From assembly GCA_964474445.1 (NCBI GenBank), contig CAYYSJ010000001.1, positions 270,530 to 334,529 of the forward strand: a stretch of 64,000 nt of DNA. Reading direction: 5' to 3'. The DNA is from an uncultured Gammaproteobacteria bacterium. GTDB taxonomy: Bacteria > Patescibacteriota > Microgenomatia > Levybacterales > UBA12049. The first letter of the stretch is position 1, and the number at the start of each line of letters is the position of its first letter. The notes below the pieces were generated by a model. That model worked only from the letters and a program-made list of their open reading frames with translations. It did not search any database and was not told the DNA's origin. This document shows positions 50,220 through 59,003 of the stretch, piece by piece. The position numbers and the translations under genes were made by a program.

Positions 50220-51002
50220 TTATATTGGTAAATCTTTTGGGATAAAATAGACTTCTTCGTGATAAGGAATACGTCCATCAGGAAATAAATGCAAGAATTG
50301 TGATTGATAAGACGCGATCTGTTCTCTTTTTTTTATCAGATCTACTGTTACTACAATTTTTTGATATCCTTTTGGAGGCTTACCATAATTATTTAGCCAA
50401 ATATTATAGGGGAAATCACTATAATAGATTATGTTCTTTGATAGCGCTTTGCACACATTATGGACCAATATATGATCAACATGATTACCAATTCCCAAAG
50501 GAGCAAAAATATAATCATTTTTCACATTAGTAATTTGTTTTATTTGCTGAGTAATATTTTTCATAGTTGACCAGTCGAGGGGAGATAATCTTCCTGTGGT
50601 AATATGATATTTGTATGTAGGGTATATAACTGATAATTCAGGAATTACTGTCTCGAGCATTTGTAATAATCCGTGCTTTTCTTTCTTTCTCCATAAAGCA
50701 TCAACAAACCCCAAATTAATTGGTGAAATGTGCAGTTTTTTATATGCAGACCTATCCTCTTCACGTCTTCTTTTATATAATATACTTGCATTTTTGTATC
50801 CTAATTTTTTTAGATACCACCAAGCAGATATTGTTGATTTAACATTAGGTGCATCTGTGAAGACATTTATGACAATCAATTCTCTTTTTTTTGAAAGAGA
50901 GCTTATTAGCTGACTACATGACAATAATGCATCGTCAAGATGAGGTGACACAAAACAATAATTTGTTTTCATTCTTAAAAAAGTTCTAAGAAAGTTATCC
51001 AT
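50220..51002 (-). CDS. PIG-L/LmbE-family N-acetylglucosaminyl deacetylase
   Basis: VSPHLDDALLSC (HPDDE-type) and GNHVDHILVH (HxDH) zinc-binding motifs. Confidence 0.75.
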   Translation of the reverse strand: MDNFLRTFLRMKTNYCFVSPHLDDALLSCSQLISSLSKKRELIVINVFTDAPNVKSTISAWWYLKKLGYKNASILYKRRREEDRSAYKKLHISPINLGFVDALWRKKEKHGLLQMLETVIPELSVIYPTYKYHITTGRLSPLDWSTMKNITQQIKQITNVKNDYIFAPLGIGNHVDHILVHNVCKALSKNIIYYSDFPYNIWLNNYGKPPKGYQKIVVTVDLIKKREQIASYQSQFLHLFPDGRIPYHEEVYFIPKDLPI

Positions 51003-52101
51003 GGTGTTTAAGTATAGTATTCACAAATGTTTTGTATTTTTTTGCTATGTTATCCCATGTTTGCAATGTAACTAATTTCCTTCCCCTTTCGGACAACAAT
51101 TTCCTTAGTTTTATGTCTTTTGATAGTTTTACCATTGCTTTTCCAAACATATGTGAATTAAAAATAGGAATCTTTATAGAAACAGATTTTGGAATCCAAC
51201 GTAAACCAGGAATGTCAAAACATACTATTGGTATTCCATAGTTAAGAGATTCGAGTGCTATTAATGAGTACGTTTCATATCGTGATGGAATAACGACAAA
51301 AATTGCATTTCTCAGAAGCCTTTTTTTCTTTTCTCCTTCTATTCTTCCAACAAAAATAATATTCTTACCTAAATGAAGTTTCCTAACAAGAGATTTTAAT
51401 ATTTCCTGATCTGCTGGCATCCCTGATCCAGCTATCACAAGAGAAAAATCCAATTCATCTTGTACTGTTTTGTAACTTTCCAATAATAAATCTAGTCCTT
51501 TTTGATTTACTTCTAACCTGCCCATAAAAAGTATGTATTTTTTGTTGTTTGTACTCATTGGCTTTTCATGATGAATCCCATTAGGAATAATAGTAACGAA
51601 AGATTCAGCATTCTTTTTTTGTATGAGTGCCTTTGAATACTTACTAAGAACAATAAAGTATCTATATGTGCGTAGACCAAAATCTTCAATAACATGAAAA
51701 GGTAACTTATATTTTCTTTCCATATCTGCAGCACAAAGCATATGGACCAAGCCAATAACTGGTTTTTTTGTGACTAACTGCAAAAATCCCGTAGAAAATG
51801 GTGGAGTAAAATTCTCAATCCATACATCGAATTTCTGTGACATAGCATAGAATGGAAGAAGTAGTTGATATACAAATTGTTCAAATTGTGGATTACCAAA
51901 GGGATAACCAATCCTTTTGTAGGTAATGTTATCTATCTTCTCATCTGAACTATTTTTAAACTTTGCTGTTATAATGGACACGTCATAGCTTGAGGAAATT
52001 TTTTTTGCAATTTCGTGTATCGCAATTGCACCTCCTCCTGAATAATAAGGATTTCCAATTGAGTCGTAATTAGAGAAAATGATTGTCTTTTTTTTATTCA
52101 T
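50995..52101 (-). CDS. GT4-family glycosyltransferase (GT-B)
   Basis: C-terminal FMGRLEVNQKGLD...SRYETYSLIALESLNYGIPIV with EX7E motif. Confidence 0.8.
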   Translation of the reverse strand: MNKKKTIIFSNYDSIGNPYYSGGGAIAIHEIAKKISSSYDVSIITAKFKNSSDEKIDNITYKRIGYPFGNPQFEQFVYQLLLPFYAMSQKFDVWIENFTPPFSTGFLQLVTKKPVIGLVHMLCAADMERKYKLPFHVIEDFGLRTYRYFIVLSKYSKALIQKKNAESFVTIIPNGIHHEKPMSTNNKKYILFMGRLEVNQKGLDLLLESYKTVQDELDFSLVIAGSGMPADQEILKSLVRKLHLGKNIIFVGRIEGEKKKRLLRNAIFVVIPSRYETYSLIALESLNYGIPIVCFDIPGLRWIPKSVSIKIPIFNSHMFGKAMVKLSKDIKLRKLLSERGRKLVTLQTWDNIAKKYKTFVNTILKHHG

Positions 52102-55100
52102 GTATTTGCTACGGTACTTATTTCAGGTTCTGGAACCATTTGTACTGTCTCGCTCATAAATAGTTGTAAACTTTCTTTAGCACTCGTATCCCAGTCATAA
52201 ATTTTTGCCCATTCTATAGCGTTTCTTGATAATTGTTCTCTCAGGTTGTTATTGGTAATAATTTCAATAATCTTTTGTGCAAATGCATCAGCATTACCAT
52301 ACTCAACAAGAAAACCCGTATTGGGATTGTTAATTGAGTCACATAAACCAGGAACATCTGAAGCAATAGCAGGTGTTCCACACGCATTTGCCTCAATCGT
52401 TGTAATTCCCCATCCTTCTATCATTGATGGGTTAACTAGTACCCATGATTTTTGGAATAATTCAATTTTTTCTTTTTCAGTAATTTGTCCTAAGAAGAAA
52501 ACATTGTTTTCAATTTGTAATTTTCCTACAAGCTTTTGCATTCTCTTTTTATCTTCACCATCACCCGCAATAATAAATTGTATATCTGACATCTTTTGGA
52601 GAATTTTATCAGCCGCATGAATAAGTACCTGAAGACTTTTATAGAATTGAATTCTTCCTACGTACAAAATAATTGGTTTTTCATTCTTCTTACCAGGTTT
52701 GAATTTAGTCAAATCTACCCCATTGTAAATAATAGTTGGTTCAATAGTTGTAAGTTTATGAGATAGTATGGCTTGCTTGGTTGACGGAGAAACCGTAAAA
52801 ATTTGTGTATTTTTATACACAAGCGGCATAAGTTTTAATTCTAAAAAGGAGGCCAGCCAAGAGAAAGGAGGTATAAGGGATTTTCTAAATACTTCTTGAT
52901 GCACATGGTGAATAAGAAGAAATATTTTTTGCCTAGCGTAGAGCGGTGTAAAGAATGGTATACCATTCTCACAATCGAGAATAATATTGTAGCTATTTCT
53001 ATATTTGAATATGTAATACAAAAATGCCCAAACATACACAAAATAAAAACCTCCTCTTCTTTGTACTTCTACCCCATCAATAATTTCATGTTTTAAAGAT
53101 TTTCCATCATTGCTGCAAAATAATGTTACCAGATAACCATCTTTGATCCATCGTTTTGAAAGTTCATGAATGTATATCTCTGCTCCTCCAGCAAACTTAT
53201 GTCTTGTATCTCTCCAATTAAATATTAAAATGGCTTTCCTATCCCTGTTTACATTAGGTGATTCCTGCGAGAAGAATAATTCAAAAACATCCTTCAGATT
53301 ATTTTCAAATACTATAACGTGTTTTCGCATGAGGTGAAGTAGAACCATTCCTATGATATGTAATGCAGCAGTAGTAACCATTACTTCTACAAAATCAGCA
53401 ATACTTTGATGAATGAGTTGTAAGAGTATTATTTGTATTATTCCTAACACAAAAGCGAGTAAAGAAAATGTGTATATTTTCTTTGCTAGATAAAACGAAA
53501 CAATAATTTGTGATAGAGAAAAACAAACCAACCCTAAACAAAATACTGGTAGATAATCTGTTATCGATATTGCTTTTGGTCCAAAAAAAAGAGGGACCGT
53601 TAGATAACCAAATAAGCCGAGTACTATATAGCCAAAAGATGTTAGTAAACCAGCCGAAAGCAATGTGTACGTTAGCACGTGGTCTGAATTTTTATTAGCT
53701 CCTTCGCTTCGACTAACAAGAGGCATAATAAAGGGAAATACTAAAGAAGCTAGAAAATAAATTATTTTCCCTGTCAATGAAAGTAACGAATATTTTCCAG
53801 CATCCAAAGGTGGTAAAAAGTGTTTTGCTAAGATAACATCCAAACTCAAAAAACTTATTGCTGATAATCCTCCAAGAACAGATACTAAAAAGAATTTAAT
53901 TGGGAAACTCATTTGGTAAATAGTTTCTTTCAGGGATATATGTTTTGTCGTTAGTACTAATACAACTAATCCAAAAACAAAAGATGAAATAACAGACAAT
54001 GGAATGGAAACATACGTAAGTGAGCCACCGTAAAGAGGTGCTAGGATAAGTGCAAAAGATAATTTTATAATAGGTTCAATGACATATACGACTCCTACAA
54101 TAGCAAAAAGAAATTCCCCATACAAAAATCCCTTATTTACCGCTGTAGGAATAATGATGATAAGTAAAGGAATAAAAGAAAGGAAAACATATGGGTCGTT
54201 AATATTAAAAAAGTGCATGAATAGAGGGGAAAAGGCTATCCAAAGACAAGCAAAAAACACGGAAATGAAAAGTGATTTTTTGAATACATCTTTCCAGATA
54301 CTAAGACTTGCTCCTTTTCCATATTTCCCTACCATGTAGCTACTTTGGTGGTTAACAGTTGCACTTATAGCAGTTATCGGTATAGATAAAAAAGACAAAA
54401 AACTTCCAAGAGTGGTAATAAGTGAAAAATTTTCTAAATCTAAAACTCTCCCAAGATAGGCATTAAAAATAAAATTGAGTACATTTGCGATATTTATAGC
54501 AAGGATAAGTAAAGCCCCTTCCCAAAAAGGTTGTTTGTTTTGTAAACTGCCTATGATTTTTTCCCTCAGCGTTTCTACCGGTAAAAAAATGCTTCTTATA
54601 CCAAGAATAAGTTTTGGTATTTCCTTGTTTTTGCTTGGTTGCAAATGTAACCCATGAAGGGTTTTTTCCCAATAGTAAGGTCTGAAAAGTAATTGATACA
54701 ATGCAATAACTCCAGACCAACTAATAAGGAACCAATAGATGGGAATACAATAGACATATTTAACAAGCTCCCATTGCTCCTTTTTTGTGCATCCAAGCAT
54801 ATAGAGATATGCGAACATAAAATTCCCGAAAACTAATGAACTAAATGCAATATAGAAAACATAAGAAGGATATAATGCTTGAATAGATGGGCCAACAAGG
54901 GAAAAAAGAATAAAATAGGCAATGGTTGCAGTCCAAAGGAGTGGATTAATAAGAATAAATGCAACTTTTCCACCAATGGTAAGGTGAAAAAATAACGCAT
55001 GAATGATATTATTTTTGATAAATAAAAAATCCTCTCGTGTATGAACTAAGTATGTTTGCATATATCCTTTGATCCATCGCGATCGCTGTCGTATCCAATT

Positions 55101-56783
55101 AGCAACACTACTATTTGCTTCTTCCAAAGTAATTGATTCAATGATTGCTGTTTTGTAACCTTTCTTAAAAAGCCGTATACCCAAATCTGCATCTTCGGCT
55201 ACATTAAATGGATCCCATCCTTGAAGGTGTTTCATGTCTTCTGTTCGGAAATGGTTGCTTGTTCCACCAAGTGGAATACTAGTATGTGTCGCTTGAAGAC
55301 CAGTAAGTGTTATGTCAAACCACAAGGAATACTCAGCGGTAAAAAAACGAGTTAATAAGTTCTGGTGAGGATTGTAGTAGTTAAGCTTTGCCTGTAAACA
55401 TACAACATCTCCTGCAACTTTTTGGAATCCAAGATAAGCTTTTTTTAATTGGAATGGATCAGGGATGTCTTCTGCATCATAAATAACTACGTATTCCCCT
55501 TTTGTTTGAGAGAGTCCATAATTGCACGCTTTTGGTTTCGTTTTAGGAATTGAGTGAGGAACAATAACTGGACGAATATAGGAAGGGAGGTTTCTGTTTG
55601 TAACTGCTTCAATAAACTTTTTATCATCTTCTTCAAGGAGAAGCATGACATCAAGTTTTTCTTTCGGCCAATTAAGTTTTGCAATTGCCTCTATAAATTG
55701 TGGAATAACATCTGTTTCTTTATACAATGGACAGAGAATGGAATAGATGGGGAGATTCTCATCTTTAAGTGCGTGTAACTCATCAGGTGTTGAGAAAATT
55801 TCTTGAGGAGAATGAAGACTTCTCATAACAAGGAAAAAATTAAACAAGACATCAACAAAGTAAATAAAGCTTAAAGCGCCAATAATGCATTGTGCGGTGA
55901 AGAGTGGCTTTAGGAAAAGTCCTAGGAGTATCAATACAACGAGTAATCCAATCATTATTTTTTGTTTGCCAATAAGGGTTTGAATAGCAGATTGAGAATG
56001 ATGAAGAGTGGTATGCGTAATATATTTTCTTCTCTTATACCCCACTCCTGCTCCTTTCATCGACCCTTTATCAGTTGGAGGAAAATGAATTGGGTTAATT
56101 TTCTTTCCTTTAACTAACAATGCATTTAGTCCTATCTCAACGCTTGTCTTAAGGAGAGATACTTTTGACTTACCATTTATTCGCTGGGCGAAGATAATGT
56201 CAAAGCTTTCAACAACAAATCCTGCTTCCGTTGCACGCTGGAGGAATTCAAGATCAAATGTCCAGCCAGAGGAAGGAGCATAGGAGAGAGTCTGAAAGAC
56301 CTCCCTTTTAAAAACTTTCAACCCTGCTTGAATATCATGATTAAGGCCAAATAGAAGCTCACCAAATACATATCTAAATGAATTACTAATAAGGCTACGT
56401 ACTTTTGAGACATGTTTTTCTATCCGATTCGCAACAACAACATCTGCTCCATTCTCAAGTTTTTTGATCATTTTCGGAATTACCTCTGGAGGATATTGGA
56501 GATCTGCATCAATACATACAATATAGTCGCTCGAAGATTTTTGAATACCTTGATAAAGAGAAAAAGCTTTCCCTCTCTTTCCTTTTTTTATTTCAAATCT
56601 AATAGGATACTTTGTTTGTAGAGACTTGATAACCTGTAGGGTATTATCTGTAGAGAAATCGTCAACAAAAATAATTTCATATGACTTATTTTCTTTTACA
56701 AACGCTGTATGTATTCTGTTAACCAGCGGTGTAATATTATTTTCTTCATTCCAGACAGGAATAATAATAGTAATGTGTTTCAT
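52098..56783 (-). CDS. giant four-module glycosyltransferase: GT2 (Dpm1/ArnC-like) + processive GT2 synthase (QxxRW/TED) + polytopic flippase-like membrane domain + GT4
   Basis: Residues 5-230: IIIPVWNEE...DADLQ (GT2-A). Residues 345-590: DAED, TED, QRSRW (processive GT2 as in BcsA/PgaC/NodC), plus 4-5 TM helices. Residues 760-1160: about 12 TM helices resembling a Wzx/MOP-type polysaccharide exporter. Residues 1185-1540: GT4 with EGWGITTIE (EX7E). First ATG is at 56783; the ORF track starts at TTG 56795. Confidence 0.8.
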   Translation of the reverse strand: MKHITIIIPVWNEENNITPLVNRIHTAFVKENKSYEIIFVDDFSTDNTLQVIKSLQTKYPIRFEIKKGKRGKAFSLYQGIQKSSSDYIVCIDADLQYPPEVIPKMIKKLENGADVVVANRIEKHVSKVRSLISNSFRYVFGELLFGLNHDIQAGLKVFKREVFQTLSYAPSSGWTFDLEFLQRATEAGFVVESFDIIFAQRINGKSKVSLLKTSVEIGLNALLVKGKKINPIHFPPTDKGSMKGAGVGYKRRKYITHTTLHHSQSAIQTLIGKQKIMIGLLVVLILLGLFLKPLFTAQCIIGALSFIYFVDVLFNFFLVMRSLHSPQEIFSTPDELHALKDENLPIYSILCPLYKETDVIPQFIEAIAKLNWPKEKLDVMLLLEEDDKKFIEAVTNRNLPSYIRPVIVPHSIPKTKPKACNYGLSQTKGEYVVIYDAEDIPDPFQLKKAYLGFQKVAGDVVCLQAKLNYYNPHQNLLTRFFTAEYSLWFDITLTGLQATHTSIPLGGTSNHFRTEDMKHLQGWDPFNVAEDADLGIRLFKKGYKTAIIESITLEEANSSVANWIRQRSRWIKGYMQTYLVHTREDFLFIKNNIIHALFFHLTIGGKVAFILINPLLWTATIAYFILFSLVGPSIQALYPSYVFYIAFSSLVFGNFMFAYLYMLGCTKKEQWELVKYVYCIPIYWFLISWSGVIALYQLLFRPYYWEKTLHGLHLQPSKNKEIPKLILGIRSIFLPVETLREKIIGSLQNKQPFWEGALLILAINIANVLNFIFNAYLGRVLDLENFSLITTLGSFLSFLSIPITAISATVNHQSSYMVGKYGKGASLSIWKDVFKKSLFISVFFACLWIAFSPLFMHFFNINDPYVFLSFIPLLIIIIPTAVNKGFLYGEFLFAIVGVVYVIEPIIKLSFALILAPLYGGSLTYVSIPLSVISSFVFGLVVLVLTTKHISLKETIYQMSFPIKFFLVSVLGGLSAISFLSLDVILAKHFLPPLDAGKYSLLSLTGKIIYFLASLVFPFIMPLVSRSEGANKNSDHVLTYTLLSAGLLTSFGYIVLGLFGYLTVPLFFGPKAISITDYLPVFCLGLVCFSLSQIIVSFYLAKKIYTFSLLAFVLGIIQIILLQLIHQSIADFVEVMVTTAALHIIGMVLLHLMRKHVIVFENNLKDVFELFFSQESPNVNRDRKAILIFNWRDTRHKFAGGAEIYIHELSKRWIKDGYLVTLFCSNDGKSLKHEIIDGVEVQRRGGFYFVYVWAFLYYIFKYRNSYNIILDCENGIPFFTPLYARQKIFLLIHHVHQEVFRKSLIPPFSWLASFLELKLMPLVYKNTQIFTVSPSTKQAILSHKLTTIEPTIIYNGVDLTKFKPGKKNEKPIILYVGRIQFYKSLQVLIHAADKILQKMSDIQFIIAGDGEDKKRMQKLVGKLQIENNVFFLGQITEKEKIELFQKSWVLVNPSMIEGWGITTIEANACGTPAIASDVPGLCDSINNPNTGFLVEYGNADAFAQKIIEIITNNNLREQLSRNAIEWAKIYDWDTSAKESLQLFMSETVQMVPEPEISTVANT

Positions 56784-57142
56784 TTCTACAGACAATGCTA
56801 ATAACGATATATAGGCATTGTGTTGAACCTATGTAGGACTCTTTTGTAAGAATGGTTTTTCATACTGGCGGTTTTTATTGACTATAGGCAGACCAGTATG
56901 TAGTCCTCCTACTAAAGTAATGAGAAGTTGTTTGTCCAAATACTTTTTTCCATGTGATGGTAATGTGCTCATTTCTTTTTATGGAATTAGTATTTTCTCT
57001 ATTCTCCTTCTCGTACTATAAGTGGGACTATTAACGTTAAAATATACAGGAAGCAAGTAAAAAGAAATGATAAATATGCAACAAGTTAGTAAGAACGTTT
57101 TATAACTAAGACCATGAGAGGTTCTTTCTTCATGTGATTTTA

Positions 57143-57290
57143 CCCCAAAGCTATTTCGTACCTATTCTCTAGTACCTCACACCGCTTCCCAATATGCCTT
57201 CAATCTGGTTCCAATTTTTTTCTAAAATGTCCACACGAGGATAAAATTCTCTTATAACTTTATTCTAAGATAAATTTTGAGGCTAATTTG
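57143..57290. repeat. diverged direct repeat copy A (about 150 nt)
   Basis: About 75-80% identical to 58298-58430. Shared blocks include agtacctc(a/c)cacc, ttcccaa(t/a)ata, ttcaa(t/c)ctg(g/a)ttccaa, atgtccac(a/t)cgagg, aattttgagg. Confidence 0.55.
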
Positions 57291-57307
57291 GTTCCAATAC
57301 CTGATGT

Positions 57308-57868
57308 CTATAAACCTTGAGTTACTCTAAATGCAATTGTTCCAATATGTAGTGATTTAAAGGTATGACCAGGCTTTACTGCTGTCCCATATATCCAAGA
57401 ACGTCTTCTTTGATACATACCTTCATTTTTGGAAACAATAAGAAAACCTGTATGCTCTGAGTCTCTGGGCATTGCTAAATCCATTGCATATGAGATATCT
57501 CCAGATGTCTCAAACCACGTCTTATTTCCATGTGGACCCTCTCTATCTATCCCAAATTCTTCAATCGTATCAATAACTTGTTTCAATAATTGTGGATCAT
57601 TACTTCTCTGTAATCCTCTGAAGGCGTATCCTTTCCTCGGGTGTTCTAGCGCTTCTCGTAAAGCACTCTCTCTAGGTAATTGAGCTGCAAGGAACTTTGC
57701 CAAAGGTTTATAATCTGGCGTTATGATTTCATTATCTCTTAGATCTGAAGGAATTCTGTCTTCCTCTATAAAAAACAGATAGAATTCTCTATCCGAGGGA
57801 TTTCTTGTTTCTCCTTCGGGTGGTATTGTCATGGCTGGGATTATATCTTGATAGTAACTAAAAAGCAA
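57308..57868 (-). CDS. hypothetical protein (repeat-flanked cassette)
   Basis: 186-aa ORF, no recognised domain. Possible R / STS-like / E pattern (YAFRG, ETSGD, SKNEG) weakly reminiscent of ADP-ribosyltransferase-type toxins. Not established. Confidence 0.45.
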   Translation of the reverse strand: MLFSYYQDIIPAMTIPPEGETRNPSDREFYLFFIEEDRIPSDLRDNEIITPDYKPLAKFLAAQLPRESALREALEHPRKGYAFRGLQRSNDPQLLKQVIDTIEEFGIDREGPHGNKTWFETSGDISYAMDLAMPRDSEHTGFLIVSKNEGMYQRRRSWIYGTAVKPGHTFKSLHIGTIAFRVTQGL

Positions 57869-58024
57869 GATATTCAGTATTGTTGTTTAGTTTTAATACC
57901 TACTTGTGGTATCAGCTCAAACAAACCCGTACCTACTATGCAATACTTCCCACCCCTTCCAAATGTAGTTGTGATTATATTAACACTTATCTTTCTTTAC
58001 ATATTCATCTTTGAGGTAGTTTAT

Positions 58025-58219
58025 TTAAGAGTAAGAAGGTAAATTAAGATGTTCTTCTATACGTTTTATTTGCTTTTTCTGTCTCATTTGTTCTAAATCA
58101 AGAAGTTTTGCTGTAGTATCTACTATTTTCTTTATATGACGAATATCAATTTTAATGGATTTTAATTTTTGATCGACAACTGAACCCATCGCTTGTAAAT
58201 CATCATTAGTAAGTGTCAT
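58025..58219 (-). CDS. small coiled-coil hypothetical protein
   Basis: 64-aa ORF upstream of the 186-aa gene on the same strand. Lys/Glu-rich heptad pattern. Confidence 0.3.
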   Translation of the reverse strand: MTLTNDDLQAMGSVVDQKLKSIKIDIRHIKKIVDTTAKLLDLEQMRQKKQIKRIEEHLNLPSYS

Positions 58220-58297
58220 ATTAGATTAGTTATAACATATTCTTTGTTTTTTGTAATATTTGTTCCAATACTTCCATGTATATTATCAAAAACTAAT

Positions 58298-58430
58298 CCA
58301 CAGCTATTTTCCAGTACCTCCCACCATTCCCAAATATACCCTTCAACCTGATTCCAACTTTTATCTTGCATGTCCACTCGAGGCTAGAATTGCAAGAATC
58401 TCTTTTTGTATGGAAATTTTGAGGTTAATA
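58298..58430. repeat. diverged direct repeat copy B (about 150 nt)
   Basis: Homologous to copy A; see 57143-57290. Confidence 0.55.
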
Positions 58431-58459
58431 GGAATGGAGTAACAAAGGAGAGATGAAGT

Positions 58460-58939
58460 TTATTTTGCAGGTAAATCTACTGTTTTTTCTACTTGGTAAA
58501 TTTTCCCATCTGTCTTACTTACCTTCAGTGTCAATTTAATTGAAGAAACCACATTATCGTATCGACAGATACCAGAGGAGCATGTCCCAAACTCTCTATA
58601 CCCTATCCCTGCTGTCTTATTTCCTGGGGTCACATCAACTGTTCCAATAAGTCCCTCGGGGACTTGGGATCCTTTTACATCCTTTGTATAGGAAATTTGA
58701 TATTCAGCTGCAGTGATATCAGATGCATTATTTAGGGTAAATTTCATTGCTTTATTATCAGAACGGAAAGCAATATCAAGACCAACTGCTTCTGGAGAAA
58801 GCGCAAGAACTTGCTGAGCTTGGCTAGCCGCCTGAGTTGGAGCTGCAGTTCTTTTCTGAGATAACATAGATACTGAAACGACTGCAATAAGCACAACAAC
58901 AACCGCTGCAACAACAAGTGTAAGTTTGTTTTTTAACAT
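58460..58939 (-). CDS. membrane-anchored hypothetical protein
   Basis: N-terminal TM (LTLVVAAVVVVLIAVVSV), extracytoplasmic beta-rich domain with a Cys pair (CSSGIC). Confidence 0.45.
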   Translation of the reverse strand: MLKNKLTLVVAAVVVVLIAVVSVSMLSQKRTAAPTQAASQAQQVLALSPEAVGLDIAFRSDNKAMKFTLNNASDITAAEYQISYTKDVKGSQVPEGLIGTVDVTPGNKTAGIGYREFGTCSSGICRYDNVVSSIKLTLKVSKTDGKIYQVEKTVDLPAK

Positions 58940-59003
58940 AAGACTATTGTGCCCAATGCAGAATTAGTTGTCAAGACAGCTTTTTGAAGTTTCTCGTAAA
59001 CTC

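Noticed and set aside
57143-58430. Direct repeats considered as IS-element terminal repeats or a CRISPR-like array
   Set aside because: The repeats are direct rather than inverted, about 150 nt long, only two copies, about 1.1 kb apart, and no transposase or cas genes are present.
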